From Squalus acanthias (taxonomy: Eukaryota): a DNA stretch of 64,000 nucleotides. Shown in pieces: positions 37,480 through 49,961 of the stretch. Each line of letters starts with the position of its first letter. Positions within the stretch are counted from its first letter, which is position 1. The notes beneath the pieces were generated by a model. That model made no database searches and was not told where the DNA came from. It was given only the letters and a program-made list of their open reading frames with translations. Where the stretch lies: contig CM059431.1 in assembly GCA_030390025.1 (NCBI GenBank), positions 148,368,001 through 148,432,000 on the forward strand, read 5' to 3'. A program made the translations under genes and the position numbers.

Positions 37480-38708
37480 TGACAGTGCGGCGCTCCCTCA
37501 GTACTGCCCCTCCGACAGTGCGGCGCACCCTCAGTACTGCCCCTCCGACAGTGCGGCGCTCCCTCAGTACTGCCACTTCCTACAGTGCGGCGCTCCCTCA
37601 GTACTGCCCCTCCGACAGTGCGGTGCTCCCTCAGTACTGCCCTTCCGACAGTGCGGCGCTCCCTCAGTACTGCTCCTCCGACAGTGTAGCGGTCCCTCAG
37701 TACTGCCCCTCCGACAGTGCAGCGCTCCCTCAGTACTGACCCTCCGACAGTGCGGCACTCCCTCAGTACTGCCCCTCTGACAGTGCCGCGCTCCCTCAGT
37801 ACTGACCCTCCGACAGTGCAGCACTCCCTCAGTACTGCCCCTCCGACAGTGCGGCGCTCCCTCAGTACTGCCCCTCCGACAGTGCAGCTCTCCCTCAGTA
37901 CTGCTCCTCCGACAGTGCGGTGCTCCCTCATTACTGACCCTCCAACAGTGCGGCGCTCCCTCAGTACTGAGCCTCTGACAGTGCGGTGCTCCCTCAGTAC
38001 CGACCCTCCGACAGTGCGGCGCTCCATCAGTACTACCCCTCCGACAGTGTGTCGCATCCTCAGTACTGCCCCTCTGACAGTGCGGCGCTCCCTCAGTACT
38101 GCCCTTCCGACAGTGCGGCACTCCCTCAGTACTGCCCCTCCGAAAGTGCCGCGCTCCCTCAGTACTGCCCCTCCGACAGTGCCACGCTCCCTCAGTACTG
38201 CTCCTCCAACAGTGCGGTGCTCCCTCAGTACTGTACCTCCGACAGTGCAGCTCTCCCTCAGTACTGCCACTCCGACAGACGGTGCTCCCTCAGTACTGCT
38301 CCTCCGACAGTGCGGTGCTCCCTCAGTACTGACCCTCCAACAGTTTGGCGCTCCCTCAGTGCAGCGCTCCCTCAGTACTGAGCCTCTGACAGCGCGGCGC
38401 TCCCTCGGTACTGACCCTCCGACAGTGCGGCGCTCCCTCAGTACTGCCCCTCCGACAGTGCAGCACTCCCTCAGTACTGCCCCTCCGACAGTGCGGCGCT
38501 CCCTCAGTACTGACCCTCCGACAATGCGGCGCTCCCTCAGTACTGCCTCTCCGACAGTGCAGCGCTCCCTCAGTACTGCCCCTCCGACAGTGCGGCGCTC
38601 CCTCAGTACTGCCCCTCCGACAGTGCGGCGCTCCCTCAGTACTGAGCCTCTGACAGTGCGGCGCTCCCTCAGCACTGAGCCTCTGACAGTGCAGCGCTCC
38701 CTCAGCGC
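37480..38708. repeat. 33-bp minisatellite, about 37 copies, attached to a SINE head
   Basis: Tandem unit; runs directly into the SINE 5' part at 38700-38825. Confidence 0.95.
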
Positions 38709-38825
38709 TGGCACGGGGGAGTGTCGGCCCAGGATTATGGGGCTCAAGTCTCCGCAGTGGGGACTCGAAGCCACAACTTTCAGACTCAGATTCGAGAGTT
38801 CTACCCACTGACCCACGGCTGAGAC
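38700..38825 (-). mobile_element. 5' tRNA-like head of the Deu-type SINE
   Basis: Minus strand gtctcagccgtgggtcagtgggtag…gtggcttcgagtccc, homologous to 26950-27070. Confidence 0.8.
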
Positions 38826-39089
38826 ATTATCCAGAGATGGAAACTGGGACCCCCCTGCTCTGGACGCTGCAGAACCAACATCAAGACAGAGGGGATCGAA
38901 GAAGATAGTTCACTCTACATGAAGACCATATTAATGTTCAATTAGATCTTGTATCACTTAACTGGGACAAAGGCATCAAAAAAAGTGGTAAAACAATAAC
39001 TCTCTTTCCTGTAAACCAGTTTATTTAGTTATGTAGAGATTAAGTGTCAGGACCCATAGATCAGAACATGTTTCGATTGCTCGGATTCG

Positions 39090-40512
39090 ATAGATACAAT
39101 GTAGAGTTCCCTTTAACCTGAAAGTGTGACCCCACTTTATACTCAGTTTCAGCATCGAGCGTTCCCAAGGCAGGTACAGCACGGGTTAGATACAGTGTAG
39201 AGCTCACTCGACATTACCCTGACAGTGTCCCCCCCCCCCCCCACTTTATAACCAATGTCAGCATCGAGCGCTCCCAGGGCAGGTACAGCACGGGTTAAAT
39301 ACAGTGTAGAGCTCCCTCTACATTACCCTGACAGTGTGTCCCCACTTTATACCCTGTGTCAGCATCGAGCGCTCCCAAGGCAGTGCCAGCACGTGTTAGA
39401 TACAGTGTAGAGCTCCCTCTACATTACTCTGACAGTGTGCCCCACTTTAGACCCAGTGTCAGCATCGAGCGCTCCCAGGGCAGGAACAGCACGGGTTAGA
39501 TACAGTGTAGAGCTGCCTCTACATTACCCCTACAGGGTGTCCCCCACTTTATACCCAATGTCAGGATCAATCGCTCCCAGGGCAGGTTCAGCACGGGTTA
39601 GATACCGTGTAGCACTCCCTTTACATTACCCCTACAGTGTGTCCCCCACTTTATACTCAGTTTCTGTATCGAACGCTCCCAGGGCAGGTACACCACAGGT
39701 TAGATGCAGTTTAGAGCTCCCTCTACATTACCCTGACAGTGTGTCCCCACTTTATACCCAGTGTCAGCATCGAGTGCTCCCAGGGCAGGTACAGCACGGG
39801 TTAGATACAGTGTAGAGCTCCCTCTACATTAACCTGACAGTGTGCCCCCCACTTTATACCCAGTGTCAGCATCGAGCGCTCCCAGGGCAGGTACAGCACG
39901 GGTTATATACCGTGTAGAGCTCCCTTTACATTAACCCTATAGTGTGTCCCCTACATTATACCCAGTTTCTGCATCGAACGCTCCCAGGGCAGGTACAGCA
40001 CGGGTTAGATACAGTGTAGTGCTCCCTCTACATTACTCTGAAAGTGTGCCCCCCACTGTATACCCAGTGTCAGCATCGAGCGCTCCCAGGGCAGGTACAG
40101 CACGGGTTATATACCGTGTGGAGCTCCCTTTACATTACCCCTACAGTGTGTCCCCTACATTATACCCAGTTTCTGCATCGAACGCTCCCAGGGCAGGTAC
40201 AGCACGTGTTAGATACAGTGTAGAGCTCCCTCTACATTACTCTGACAGTGTGCCCCCACTTTAGACCCAGTGTCAGCATCGAGCGCTCCCAGGGCAGGTA
40301 CAGCACGGGTTAGATACAGTGTAGAGGTGCCTCTGCATTAACCCGACAGTGTGTCTCCCACATTATACCCAATGTCAGCATCGAACGCTCCCAGGGCAGG
40401 TACAGCACGGGTTAGATACAGTGTAGAGCTCCCTCTACATTACCCTGATAGTGTGGCCCCCACTTTATACCCAGTGTGAGCTTCGAGTGCTCCCTGGGCA
40501 GGTACAGCACGG
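39090..40512 (+). repeat. About 102-bp satellite, about 14 copies
   Basis: 34-aa periodicity in ORFs 39435-39815 and 39944-40264. Confidence 0.95.
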
Positions 40513-40518
40513 CTGACA

Positions 40519-43512
40519 GAGGAGAAACTTGAGTTACAAACTAGAGTATTGAACTTAAATAAAGGAAATTACAAAGGTTTGAGGGAGAGACTTAGCTAAA
40601 GTGCACTGGGAAAATAGATTAGAAGGTAAGATGGTAGAAAAGCAGCGGCAGACATTTAAAGAGATATTTTCTGACTCTCAACAAAGATATAATTCTGTGA
40701 GAAAGAAAGACTCGAAGAGAAGGATGAAACAACCATGGTTAATCAAGGAAGTTAAGGATGGTATCAAATTCAAATGTTGCAAAGATTGGTGGTAGGCCAG
40801 AAGATTGGGAAAGTTTTAGAAACCAGCAAAGGACGACTAAAAAAATAATAAAGAGGGAGAAACTAGCTTATGCGATAAACTCGCAAGAAATATAAAAACT
40901 GAAAGTAAGAGCTTCTACAAGTATATAAAAAGGAAGAGAGTAGCTAAAATAAACCTAGGTCCCTTAGAGGACGAGACTGGCGAAATAATAATGGGAAACA
41001 AGGAATAGGCAGAGGCATTGAACAAATATTTTGTATCTATCTTCACAGTAGAGGACACTAAAAACACCACAGTAACAGTAGAATATCAAGGGGCAAAAGG
41101 GAGGGATGAACTTAAAACAATCACCATCACTAGAGAAAAAGTGTTAGGCAAACTTATGGGTCCAAAGGCTGACAAGTCCCCTGGACCTGATGACCTGCAT
41201 CCGAGGGTCTTAAAAGAAGTGGCTACAGAGATATCGGATGCATTGGTAGTAAACTTCCAAAATTCCCTTGACTCTGGAAAAGTCCCAGCGGATTGGAAAA
41301 CCGCAAATGTAACGCTCTTATTCAAAAAGGAGGGAGACAGAAAGCAGGAAACTACAGGCCAGTTAGCCTAACATCCGTCATTGGCAAAATGCTCGAATCT
41401 ATTATTAAGGAAGTAATAGCAGGGCATTTAGAAAATCATAATACAATCAAACAGAGTCAACATGGTTTTATGAAAGAGAAATCGTGTTTGACAAATCTAT
41501 TAGAGTTCTTTGAGGAGGTAACGAGCAAGGTGGATAAAGGGGAGCCAGTAGATGTAGTGAATTTGGATTTCCAAAAGGCATTCGATAAGGTGCCACATAA
41601 AAGGTTACTGCATAAGATCAGAGCTCATGGTGTTGGGGGTAATATATTAAATTGTATAGAGGATTGTCTAATAACAGAAAACAGAGAGTCGGGATAAATG
41701 GGTCATTTTCCGATTAGCAAACTGTAACTAGTGGGGTGCCACAGGGATCAGTGCTGGGGCCTCAACTATTTACAATCTATATTAATGACTTGGATGAAGG
41801 AAGCGAGTGTATTGTAGCCAAATTTGCTGATGATACAAAGATAGGTGGGAAAGCAAGTTGTGAGGAGGACATAAAGAGTCTGCAAAGGGATATAGATAGG
41901 TTGAGTGAGTGGGCAAGAATTTGGCAGATGGAGTATAATGAGGGAAAATGTGAAGTTATCCACTTTGGCAGGAAAAATAGAAAAGAAAAATATTGGGCCA
42001 AACATTCGGCCCTTGCCGGGTGAGTACGCACTGTGTACTCACCCGTAAGGCATCCTGAAGTGCCGGTTTCCTGCAAGCACTGCGCATGCGCGGGAACCGG
42101 GAATTCCGCTCTGGTGAAGGGGGCGGTGCATAGGTGAACCGCGTGCGCGGTAGAGGCTGTGCGCACGCAGCAAAGTTAGTTTTTTTTCAAGTTTCTAAGG
42201 GAGGGTAAGTATTGAAGAACCTGCGCTTTTAAAAAGGAGGCGCCGGACCCGTTTTCAACAAGGTAAGTGGTTAATTAATTACAATTTAAAAAATTTTCAA
42301 CAGTTTTATCTTTTTTAGATACTTTAAAGAAAGGTAAGTTTATTTTTAGCACTGTTAAAAAATATTTTAATTTTTTCAAAAATTAAAATTTTTGTTTAAA
42401 GTAGTTAATTTATTTAACTTATAGTTATTTTATAAATGTGATGGTTTTTTTAATTTATTTTAAGTTTAGCTGTTCTTTTGGGGCCGATTTCAATTCATAG
42501 ATTTGGCAGTTTATCCGCTCAAATCTATGAATGAAAGATGGTCTGCTGCCATTGGCTCTCCATGGCCCACGTGATCCCAGGGGACGCATCGCTCTAACTA
42601 CGCCCCTGGGATACGCAAGCACTGCACGCCGGCACTTGGAGCAGGCCCAGGAGCTGAAGTTCCCGAAGGCCCAGAGGTCAATGGCAGGCGCGGTAGGTAA
42701 GTGCGCGCGCGATCCTTAACCCTGCGGCAAGCCGGAGAGGCAAATTTCCGGCCAATCATTATTTAAATGGACTACAGAATGTGGCGGTACAGAGGGATTT
42801 GGGTGTCCTCGTACATGAAACACATAAAGTTAACTTGCAGGTGCAAAAAGTAATTAGGAAGGCAAATGGAATGTTGGCCTTTACTGCAAGGGGTATGGAG
42901 TATAAAAGTAGGGAAGTCCTGCTACAAATGTACAGGGCACTGGTGAGACCACACCTGGAGTACTGCGTACAGTTTTGTCCCCTTATTTAAGGAGGGATAT
43001 ACTTGCATTGGAGGCAGTTCAGAGAAGGTTCACTAGTTTGATTCCAGGAATAGAAGGGTTGTCTTATTAGGAAAGGTTGAGCAGACTGGGCCTATACTCA
43101 TTGGAGTTTAGAAGAATGAGAGGTGATCCTATTGAAACATATAAGATTCTGAGGGGGTTGGACAGGGTAGATGCTGAGAGGATGTTTCCCCTCGTCAGGG
43201 AATCTAGAACGAGGGGGCATAGTCTGAGAATAAGGGGTCGCCCATTTAAGATGGAGATGAGGTGGAATTTCAGAGGGGTCCTGAATCTTTGGAATTCTTT
43301 ACCCCAGAGAGCTGCGGAAGCTGAGTCATTGAATATATTCAAGGCTGAGATAGACAGAATTTGGAGCAACAAGGGAGTCAAGAGTTATGGGGAGTGGGCA
43401 GGAAAGTGGAGTTAAGGCCAAAATCGGATCAGCCATGATCTTATTGAATGGCGGAGCAGGCTCGAGGGGCCGAATGGCCTACTCCTGCTCCTGCATCTTA
43501 TGTTCTTATGTT
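40519..43512 (+). mobile_element. CR1 LINE, 5'-truncated, interrupted by a MITE
   Basis: RT motifs; the ORF2 sequence FGRKNRK…YLNG is split at 41995-42753. Confidence 0.92.
41995..42753. mobile_element. Non-autonomous DNA transposon (MITE-like), about 760 bp
   Basis: Clean interruption of CR1 ORF2; imperfect inverted termini (gggccaaacatt / aatttccggcc); GC-rich arms with hairpins and an AT-rich core; no coding homology. Confidence 0.75.
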
Positions 43513-43644
43513 ATCCACACACACTCCGGGGCTGGAGTTGACCCCAGTTCCCGGAGCGTGAAAGTTCAGAATCTGACCCCCTGACCCCCTGACCCCACCA
43601 CAGTCCCCAAGGATTAAAATGTAAGTTGCGGACGGTTGATTTAT

Positions 43645-43849
43645 TTACGGCTTCCAGAAGAATCTGAGCACGAGGTAGCAGGCCAGACGGAAGACGACCA
43701 TAAATAGGAGGAGAATGAGGTCATTGGCCCAGATCGGGAGGGTGACGTTAAAAGTGGCCAAGATCTCGTCCCTGGGGATGTAGGTAGAGGTGTTGGTTGT
43801 GTTTCTGACCATATTGCAGTGCTGATAGGCTGAGTTCCCCGCTTTACAT
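43645..43849 (-). CDS. ABCG last coding exon (extracellular loop + TM6)
   Basis: ttgcag acceptor, phase 2; CKAGNSAYQHC…FRLACYLVLRFFWKP-TAA; AATAAA overlaps the stop codon. Confidence 0.9.
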
Positions 43850-43869
43850 CTGCAACACAACAAATTAAT

Positions 43870-44750
43870 AAATCATTCAGAGATGGTCCCTAACTATCAG
43901 GTACATGGTTGAGGGAACAGGTTAAGGAGGGAGTGTGTGTTTAGAGACGGTCCTTAACTGTCCAGCAGGTAAATGAGGTGGGAGGAGGGAGAGACGGGAG
44001 GAGGGATGGAGGCATATGATTGAGGAGAGAGTGTGTGAATTTAGGGACAATCCCTAACTATCAATCAGGCACTCGGGGGGGAGGGAACAGATTAAGCAGG
44101 AAGTGTTTCTTTAGGGACTGTCCCTTACTATCCTCAGAAATATGAGCAATGGAGCTGATTGATGTAAGTGTGTGTGTTTAGGGGCAGTCCCTAGATAGCC
44201 ATGAGATACATGGATGAGGGAACTGATTTGAGCAGAGAGAGTGTGTTAGTTTAGGGATGATCCCTAACTATCAGAGTGAGGGAGCTGATTGATGGGCGTG
44301 TGTATGTTTAGGGACAGTCCCTATATAGCCATGAGATAAATGGGTAAGAGAACTAATTTGAGGAGAGAGGGTGTGTTAGTTTAGGGATGATCCCTAACTA
44401 TCAGGGTGAGGAAGCTGATTGAGGCGGGAGTGTGTGTTTACAGACGGTCCCTAACTGTCCATCAGGTACACAGGGTGGGGATGCGGGCGAGCCAGATGGA
44501 TCTGGCTGAGGTGAGAGCGTGTGTGAGTTTAGGGACGGTCCCTAATTATCAGGTTCATGAGTGAGGGAACGGATTGAGGAGTGTGTGTGTGTTCAGGGAT
44601 GGTCACTAACAATCAGGTAGATGTGTAAGGGAGCTGATTGAGGAGAGTGTGTCTTTAGGGACAGTCACTAACTATGAGGAACACGTGTAAGGGAGCTGAT
44701 TGAGGAGAGTGTGTGTTTAGGGATGGTCACTAACTAGCCATCAGGGACAC
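43870..44750. repeat. About 60-65-bp diverged intronic tandem repeat with palindromic core tagggacagtcccta
   Basis: gtttagggac.gtccctaactatc recurs about 14 times and fills the last ABCG intron. Confidence 0.85.
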
Positions 44751-44770
44751 AGAAGGAGCGAGGTACTCAC

Positions 44771-44979
44771 AGAAAGGTGTGATCATCGGAGAACTCCACG
44801 CTCAGCATGACGTGGAACGGGTAGAGCACAAAGGCCAGGTATCGAGCCCAGGTGAGCCAGGATGGCAACTGCTGAATGTAGAATCCGCCCAGCAGGAGAG
44901 TCGTCCGCATGAAGATAGAGGTGAAGATGATGGACTGGTCAAAACTGAGGAAGACAGCGCTGGCAAACAAACCAATGGA
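44771..44979 (-). CDS. ABCG exon (TM5 region)
   Basis: ctctcag / gtgagt, 209 bp, SIGLFASAVF…LLGGFYIQQLPSWLTWARYL…EFSDDHTF. Confidence 0.92.
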
Positions 44980-45124
44980 CTGAGAGAAAGAGAGAGGAGG
45001 AGGTGTGGAATTAATGTCATGCATCGACATGTAAAACCCCACCCACCTTTATTCCAATGGGCTCGTTACCCCCTCTGCCACCGCACCCCCCCCCCCACTT
45101 TACTGCTACTCTAGGGGTCACGAG

Positions 45125-46897
45125 GATTCACTCTCCCATTTTAGTCAAAATGTCGTGGGTTCGAGCCCCAAAATTCCAGGCCGACACTCCCCCTGGTTGC
45201 AAGTACTGAGGGAGCGCTGCACTATCAGAGGGGCAGTACTGAGGGAGCACTGCACTGTTGGAGGAGCAGTACTGAGGTAGCGCCGCACTGTCAGATGGAC
45301 AGTACTGAGGGAGCACTGCACTGTCGGAGGGTCAGTACTGAGGGAGCGCTGCACTGTCGGAGGGGCAGTACTGAGGGAGCGCTGCACTGTCAGAGGGTCA
45401 GTACAGAGGGAGCGCAGCACTGTCGGAGGGGCAGTACTGAGGGAGCGCTGCACTGTCGGAGTGGCAGTACTGAGGGAGAGCTGAACTGTCGGAGGGGCAG
45501 TACTGAGGGAGCACCGCACTGTCGGAGGGGCAGTACTGAGGTAGCGCCGCACTGTCAGAGGGGTAGTAATGAGGGAGCACCGCACTGTCAGAGGGACAGT
45601 ACTGAATGAGCGCCGCACTGTCGGAATGGCAGTACGGAGGGAGCGCAGCACTGTCGGAGGGGCAGTACTGAGTGAGCACTGCACTGTCAGAGGGGAAGTA
45701 CTGAGAGAGCGCTGAACTGTCGGAGGCGCAGTACAGAGGCAGCGATGCACTGTCAGAGGGGCAGTAGTGAATGAGCGCTGCAATGTCGGAGGGGCAGTAC
45801 TGAGGGAGCGCTGCACTGTCGGATGGGCAGCACTGAGGGAGCACTGCACGGTTGGAGGGGCAGTACTGAGGGTGTGCTGCACTGTCGGTGGGCCAGTACT
45901 GAGGGTGTGCTGCACTGTCGGTGGGCCAGTACAGAGGGAGCGCTGCACTGTCAGAGGTTTGGTACTGAGAGAGCACTGCACTGTCGGAGGGGCAGCACTG
46001 AGGAAGCGCTGCACTGTCGAGAGGCATTACTGAGGGAGCGCCGCACTTTCGGAGATACAGTACAGAGGGAGCGCTGCACTATTGGAGGGTCAGTCCAGAG
46101 GGAGCGCCGCAGTGTCGGAGGGGCAGTACTGAGACAGCGCTGCAAAGTCAGAGGGTCAGTACTGAGGGAGCGCTGCAATGTCGGATGGGCAGTACTGAGG
46201 GAGCGCTGCACTGTCAGAGGGTCAGTCCAGAGGTAGCGCCGCACTGTTGGAGGGGCAGTACTGAGGGAGCGCTGCACTGTCAGAGGGTTAGTACTGAGAG
46301 AGCGCTGCAATGTCGGAGGGGCAGTACTGAGGGAGCACTGCACTGTCGGAGGGGCAGTACTGAGGTAGTGCTGCATTGTCGGAGGGGCAGAAATGAAGGA
46401 GCGCAGCCCTGTCAGAGGGGCAGTAATGAGGATATGCTACACTGTCGGAAGTGCAGTACTGAGGGAGCGCTGCACTGTCAGAGAGGCAGTAATGAGGGAG
46501 CGCTGCACAGTCGGAGGGGCAGTACTGAGAGAGCGCTGTACTGTGGGAGGGTCTGTACTGAGGGGGCGCTGCACTGTCGGATGTGCCGTCGTTCAGATGA
46601 GACTTTAATCTGAGATCAACATATGTCCTCTGAGGCGGACTTAAAAGAACCCTCGGACCTTATTTCGAACAAGAACGGGGGAGTTCAGGGACCCAATATT
46701 TATCCCTCAACCAACATCACTAAGGGTACAGCTTATGTGGCAATTTATCACATTCCTGTTTGTCGGAGCTTTCTGTGCGTAAATTGGCTATTGCGCTTCC
46801 TACAATACAACAGTGAATACACCTCAAAGCATTATTTCATTGGCTGTAGAGCGCTTTGGAACATCCTGGAGTTGTGAAAGGTGCTATATAAATGCAC
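45125..46897 (+). mobile_element. Deu-type SINE with an internal expansion of the 33-bp minisatellite (about 45200-46580, about 42 copies)
   Basis: B box gggttcgagccc at 45157-45168, then the array, then the SINE body (gtgccgtcgttcagatgagac…tttatccctcaaccaacatcac…) and tail gtgctatataaatgca. Confidence 0.88.
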
Positions 46898-46899
46898 AT

Positions 46900-49350
46900 T
46901 GTCAGTGTAATGTAGAGGGAGCTCTATACTGTATCTAACTTCTGCTGTACCTGCCCTGTGAGCGCTCGATGCTGACACTGGGTATAAAGTGGGGAAACAT
47001 GTCAGGGTAATGTAGAGGGAGCTCTACACTGTATCTAAACCGATCGCATGGATGAACCACAGAATTTGTTCGTCTCTGCTTGGCATAAAATTAAATGTTA
47101 AAAGTTGTCTCAACAATGGCTAACAAGGGAAATTAGGGATAGCATAAGATCCAAGGAGAGGACATATAAATTGGCCAGAAAAAGCAGCAAACCTGAGGAT
47201 TGGGAGCAGTTTAGGATTCAGCAAAGGAGGACAAAGGGATTAATTAAGAGGGGGAAATAGAGTACGAGAGTAAGCTTGTGGGGAACATAAATATTGACTG
47301 TAAAAGCTTCTATAGATATGTGAAGAGAAAAAGATTGGTGAAGTCAAGCGTAGGTCCCTTGCAGTCAGAATCAGGGGAATATATAATGGGGAACAAAGAA
47401 ATGGCTGATCAATTAAATACATACTTTGGTTCTGTCTTCACAAAGGAGGATACAAATAACCTCCCAGAGATGTCGGAGAACATAGGGTCTAATGAGAGGG
47501 AAGAACTGAATGAAATCAGTATTTGTAGGGAAATGGTGTTAGGGAAATTGACGGGATTGAAGGCCGATTAATCCCCAGGGCCTGATAATCTACATCCTAG
47601 GAAACTTAAGGAAGTGGCCCTAGAAATAGTAGATGCATTGCTGGTCATCTTCCAAAATTCTATACAATCTGGAACAGTTCCCATGGATTGGAGGGTAGCT
47701 AATGTAACCCCACTATTTAAAAAAGGTGGGAGAGAGAAAATGGGGAATTATAGGTAAGCCTGACATCGATAGTTGGGAAAATGCAAGAGTCCATTATAAA
47801 AGATGTAATAGCAGAGCACTTGGAAAACAGTGACAGGATCGGACAACGTCAACATGGATTTACAAAATGTAAATCATGCTTGACTAATCTACTGGAATTT
47901 TTTGAGGATGTAACTGGTAGAATAGATAAGGGAGAACCAGTGGATGTGGTGTATTTGGACATTCAGAAGGCTTTTGATAAGGTCCGGCAAAGTTAAAGCA
48001 CATGGATTGCGGGCAAGGTATTGACTTGGATAGAAAACTGGTTGGCAGAAAGGAAGCAAAGAGTTGGAATAAACGGGTCTTTTTCCGAGTGGCAGGCAGT
48101 GACTAGTGGGGTACCACAGGGATCGGTGCTGGGACCCCAGTTATTCACCATATATATTAATGATCTAAACGAGGGAACTAGATGTAATATCTCCAAGTTT
48201 GCAGACGACACAAAGCTGGGTGGGCGTGTGTGTTGTGAGGAGGATGCAGAGAAAATCCAGTATGATTTGGACAAGTTGGGTGATTGGGCAGATGCATGTC
48301 AGATGCAGGATAATGTGGATAAATGCGAGGTTATCCACTTTGGTGGCAAAAACTGGAAGACAGATTATTATCTGAACGGCAATAGATTGGGAAAAGGGGA
48401 AGTGCAACGAGACCTGGGAGTCCTTGTGCACCAGTCGTTGAAGGTAAGCATACAGGTGCAGCAGGCGGTTAAGAAGGCAAATGGTATGTTGGCCTTCATA
48501 GCGAGAGGATTCGAGTACAGGAGCAAGGATGTCTTGCTGCAGTTGTACAGGGCCTTGGTGAGACCACACCTTGAGTATTGTGTGCAGTTTTGGTCGCCTT
48601 ATCTGAGGAAGGATGTTCTTGCCATGGAGGGAGTGCAGCGAAGATTCATCAGACTGATACCTGGGATGGCAGGTATGACGTATAAAGAGAGATTGGGACG
48701 ATTGGGCTTGTATTCGATAGAGTTTAGAAGAGTGAGAGGGGATCTCATTGAAACTTATAAAATTCTAACAGGACTAGACAAACTAGATGCAGGAAGGATA
48801 TTCCCGATGGCGGGGGAGTCCAGAACCAGGGGTCGCAGTCTAAGGATGAGGGGTAAGCCATTTAGGACTGAGATGAGGAGGAATTTCTTCACCCAGAGAG
48901 TGGTGAACATGTGAAATTCTCTACCACACAAGGCAGTTGAGGCCAATTCATTAAATATATTCAAGAAGGAGATAGATATATTTCTTAAGGCTAAAGGGGT
49001 CAAGGGATATGGGGAGAAAGCAGGGACAGTGTACTGAATTTGGATGATCAGCTTTGATCTCATTAACAGGCGGAGCAGGCTCGAGGGGCCGAATGGCCTA
49101 CTCTTGCTCCTATCTTCTCTTTTTCTATGTACCTGCCCTGGGAGCGCTCGATGCTGACATTGGGTATAAAGTGGGGGGGACACTGTCTGGGTACTGTAGA
49201 GGGAGCTCTGCACTGTATCTAACCCGTGCTGTACCTGCCCGGGGAGCGCTCGATGCTGACACTGGGTATAAAGTGTGTGTGGGGGAGGGACATTGTCGGT
49301 GGAATGTAAAGGGAACTCTACATTGTATCTAACCCGTGCTGTACCTGCCC
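46900..49350 (-). repeat. 102-bp satellite in reverse orientation (46900-47040 and 49130-49350), split by a CR1
   Basis: Reverse complement of the 39090-40512 unit on both sides of the CR1. Confidence 0.85.
47045..49130 (+). mobile_element. CR1 LINE, 5'-truncated, in an ABCG intron (antisense to the gene)
   Basis: ORF 48021-48914 and upstream fragments; same subfamily as the copies at 7960, 28609 and 33765. Confidence 0.95.
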
Positions 49351-49359
49351 CTCACTTAC

Positions 49360-49574
49360 CTGTGCTGTCACTGCGCTGAGCATTATCAGACCCAGATCTA
49401 TGAAGTAGGCTGTCACTCCATTGAGACCGCCCATCCAGAAGGCAATGGTCATGCTGACGGCTGGCTGGATGATGGTCAAGGGCAACTCGCTTGTCATCTT
49501 GGCCAGATAGTACACAGACAGGCGGTAGGACCCAGACAGCCTTTCCTTGTTGATGATTGGCCGTTCCACTGGGA
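49360..49574 (-). CDS. ABCG exon (TM3-TM4)
   Basis: tttctttcag / gtaagt, 215 bp, PVERPIINKERLSGSYRLSVYYLAKMTSELP…AVTAQ. Confidence 0.92.
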
Positions 49575-49847
49575 CTGAAAGAAACAAGAGGTCCTCTGAG
49601 ACCTTGTAGAGCCTGGGGCCCCCTGACCCTATAGAATCGGCTCACTTAGAACGAGTGAGCGGCTGTGACTCCCAGGTTAATACAGCCGCACCCTCGCACA
49701 CGTGCTCACAGACCCACACTGGCACACACACATCCACACCCGCACACAGACCCACACACACACACAAACACACACACACTCTCACCCTCCCATGGACTAT
49801 ACGCTAACTAGATCTATTACAGTAGGTGTGAGGTTGGTGAAACTCAC

Positions 49848-49900
49848 ATGAAGATAAGCTCTCAAAATTGGACGACCCAGAATATGAGCAGAAAGAAAAG
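49848..49900 (-). CDS. ABCG TM2 micro-exon, 53 bp, frameshifted
   Basis: ttgtttcag / gtgagt; starts LFFLLIFW and ends SSNFESLSS(F) in a different frame; the unshifted frame has TGA. Confidence 0.8.
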
Positions 49901-49961
49901 CTGAAACAACAATGAAGGAGACAGATTAGCAAAACTTCCAGCTCACCCGAGTCAATCAAGT

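Noticed and set aside
37480..38708. CRISPR-like appearance of the 33-36-bp partly palindromic repeats
   Set aside because: Units are head-to-tail with no unique spacers, there are no cas genes, and the context is eukaryotic.
37320..38816. 498-aa ORF and similar long ORFs at 37717-38811, 45145-46014 and 49965-50651
   Set aside because: Translations of a 33-bp (3n) satellite that lacks stops in several frames; no start context or domain.
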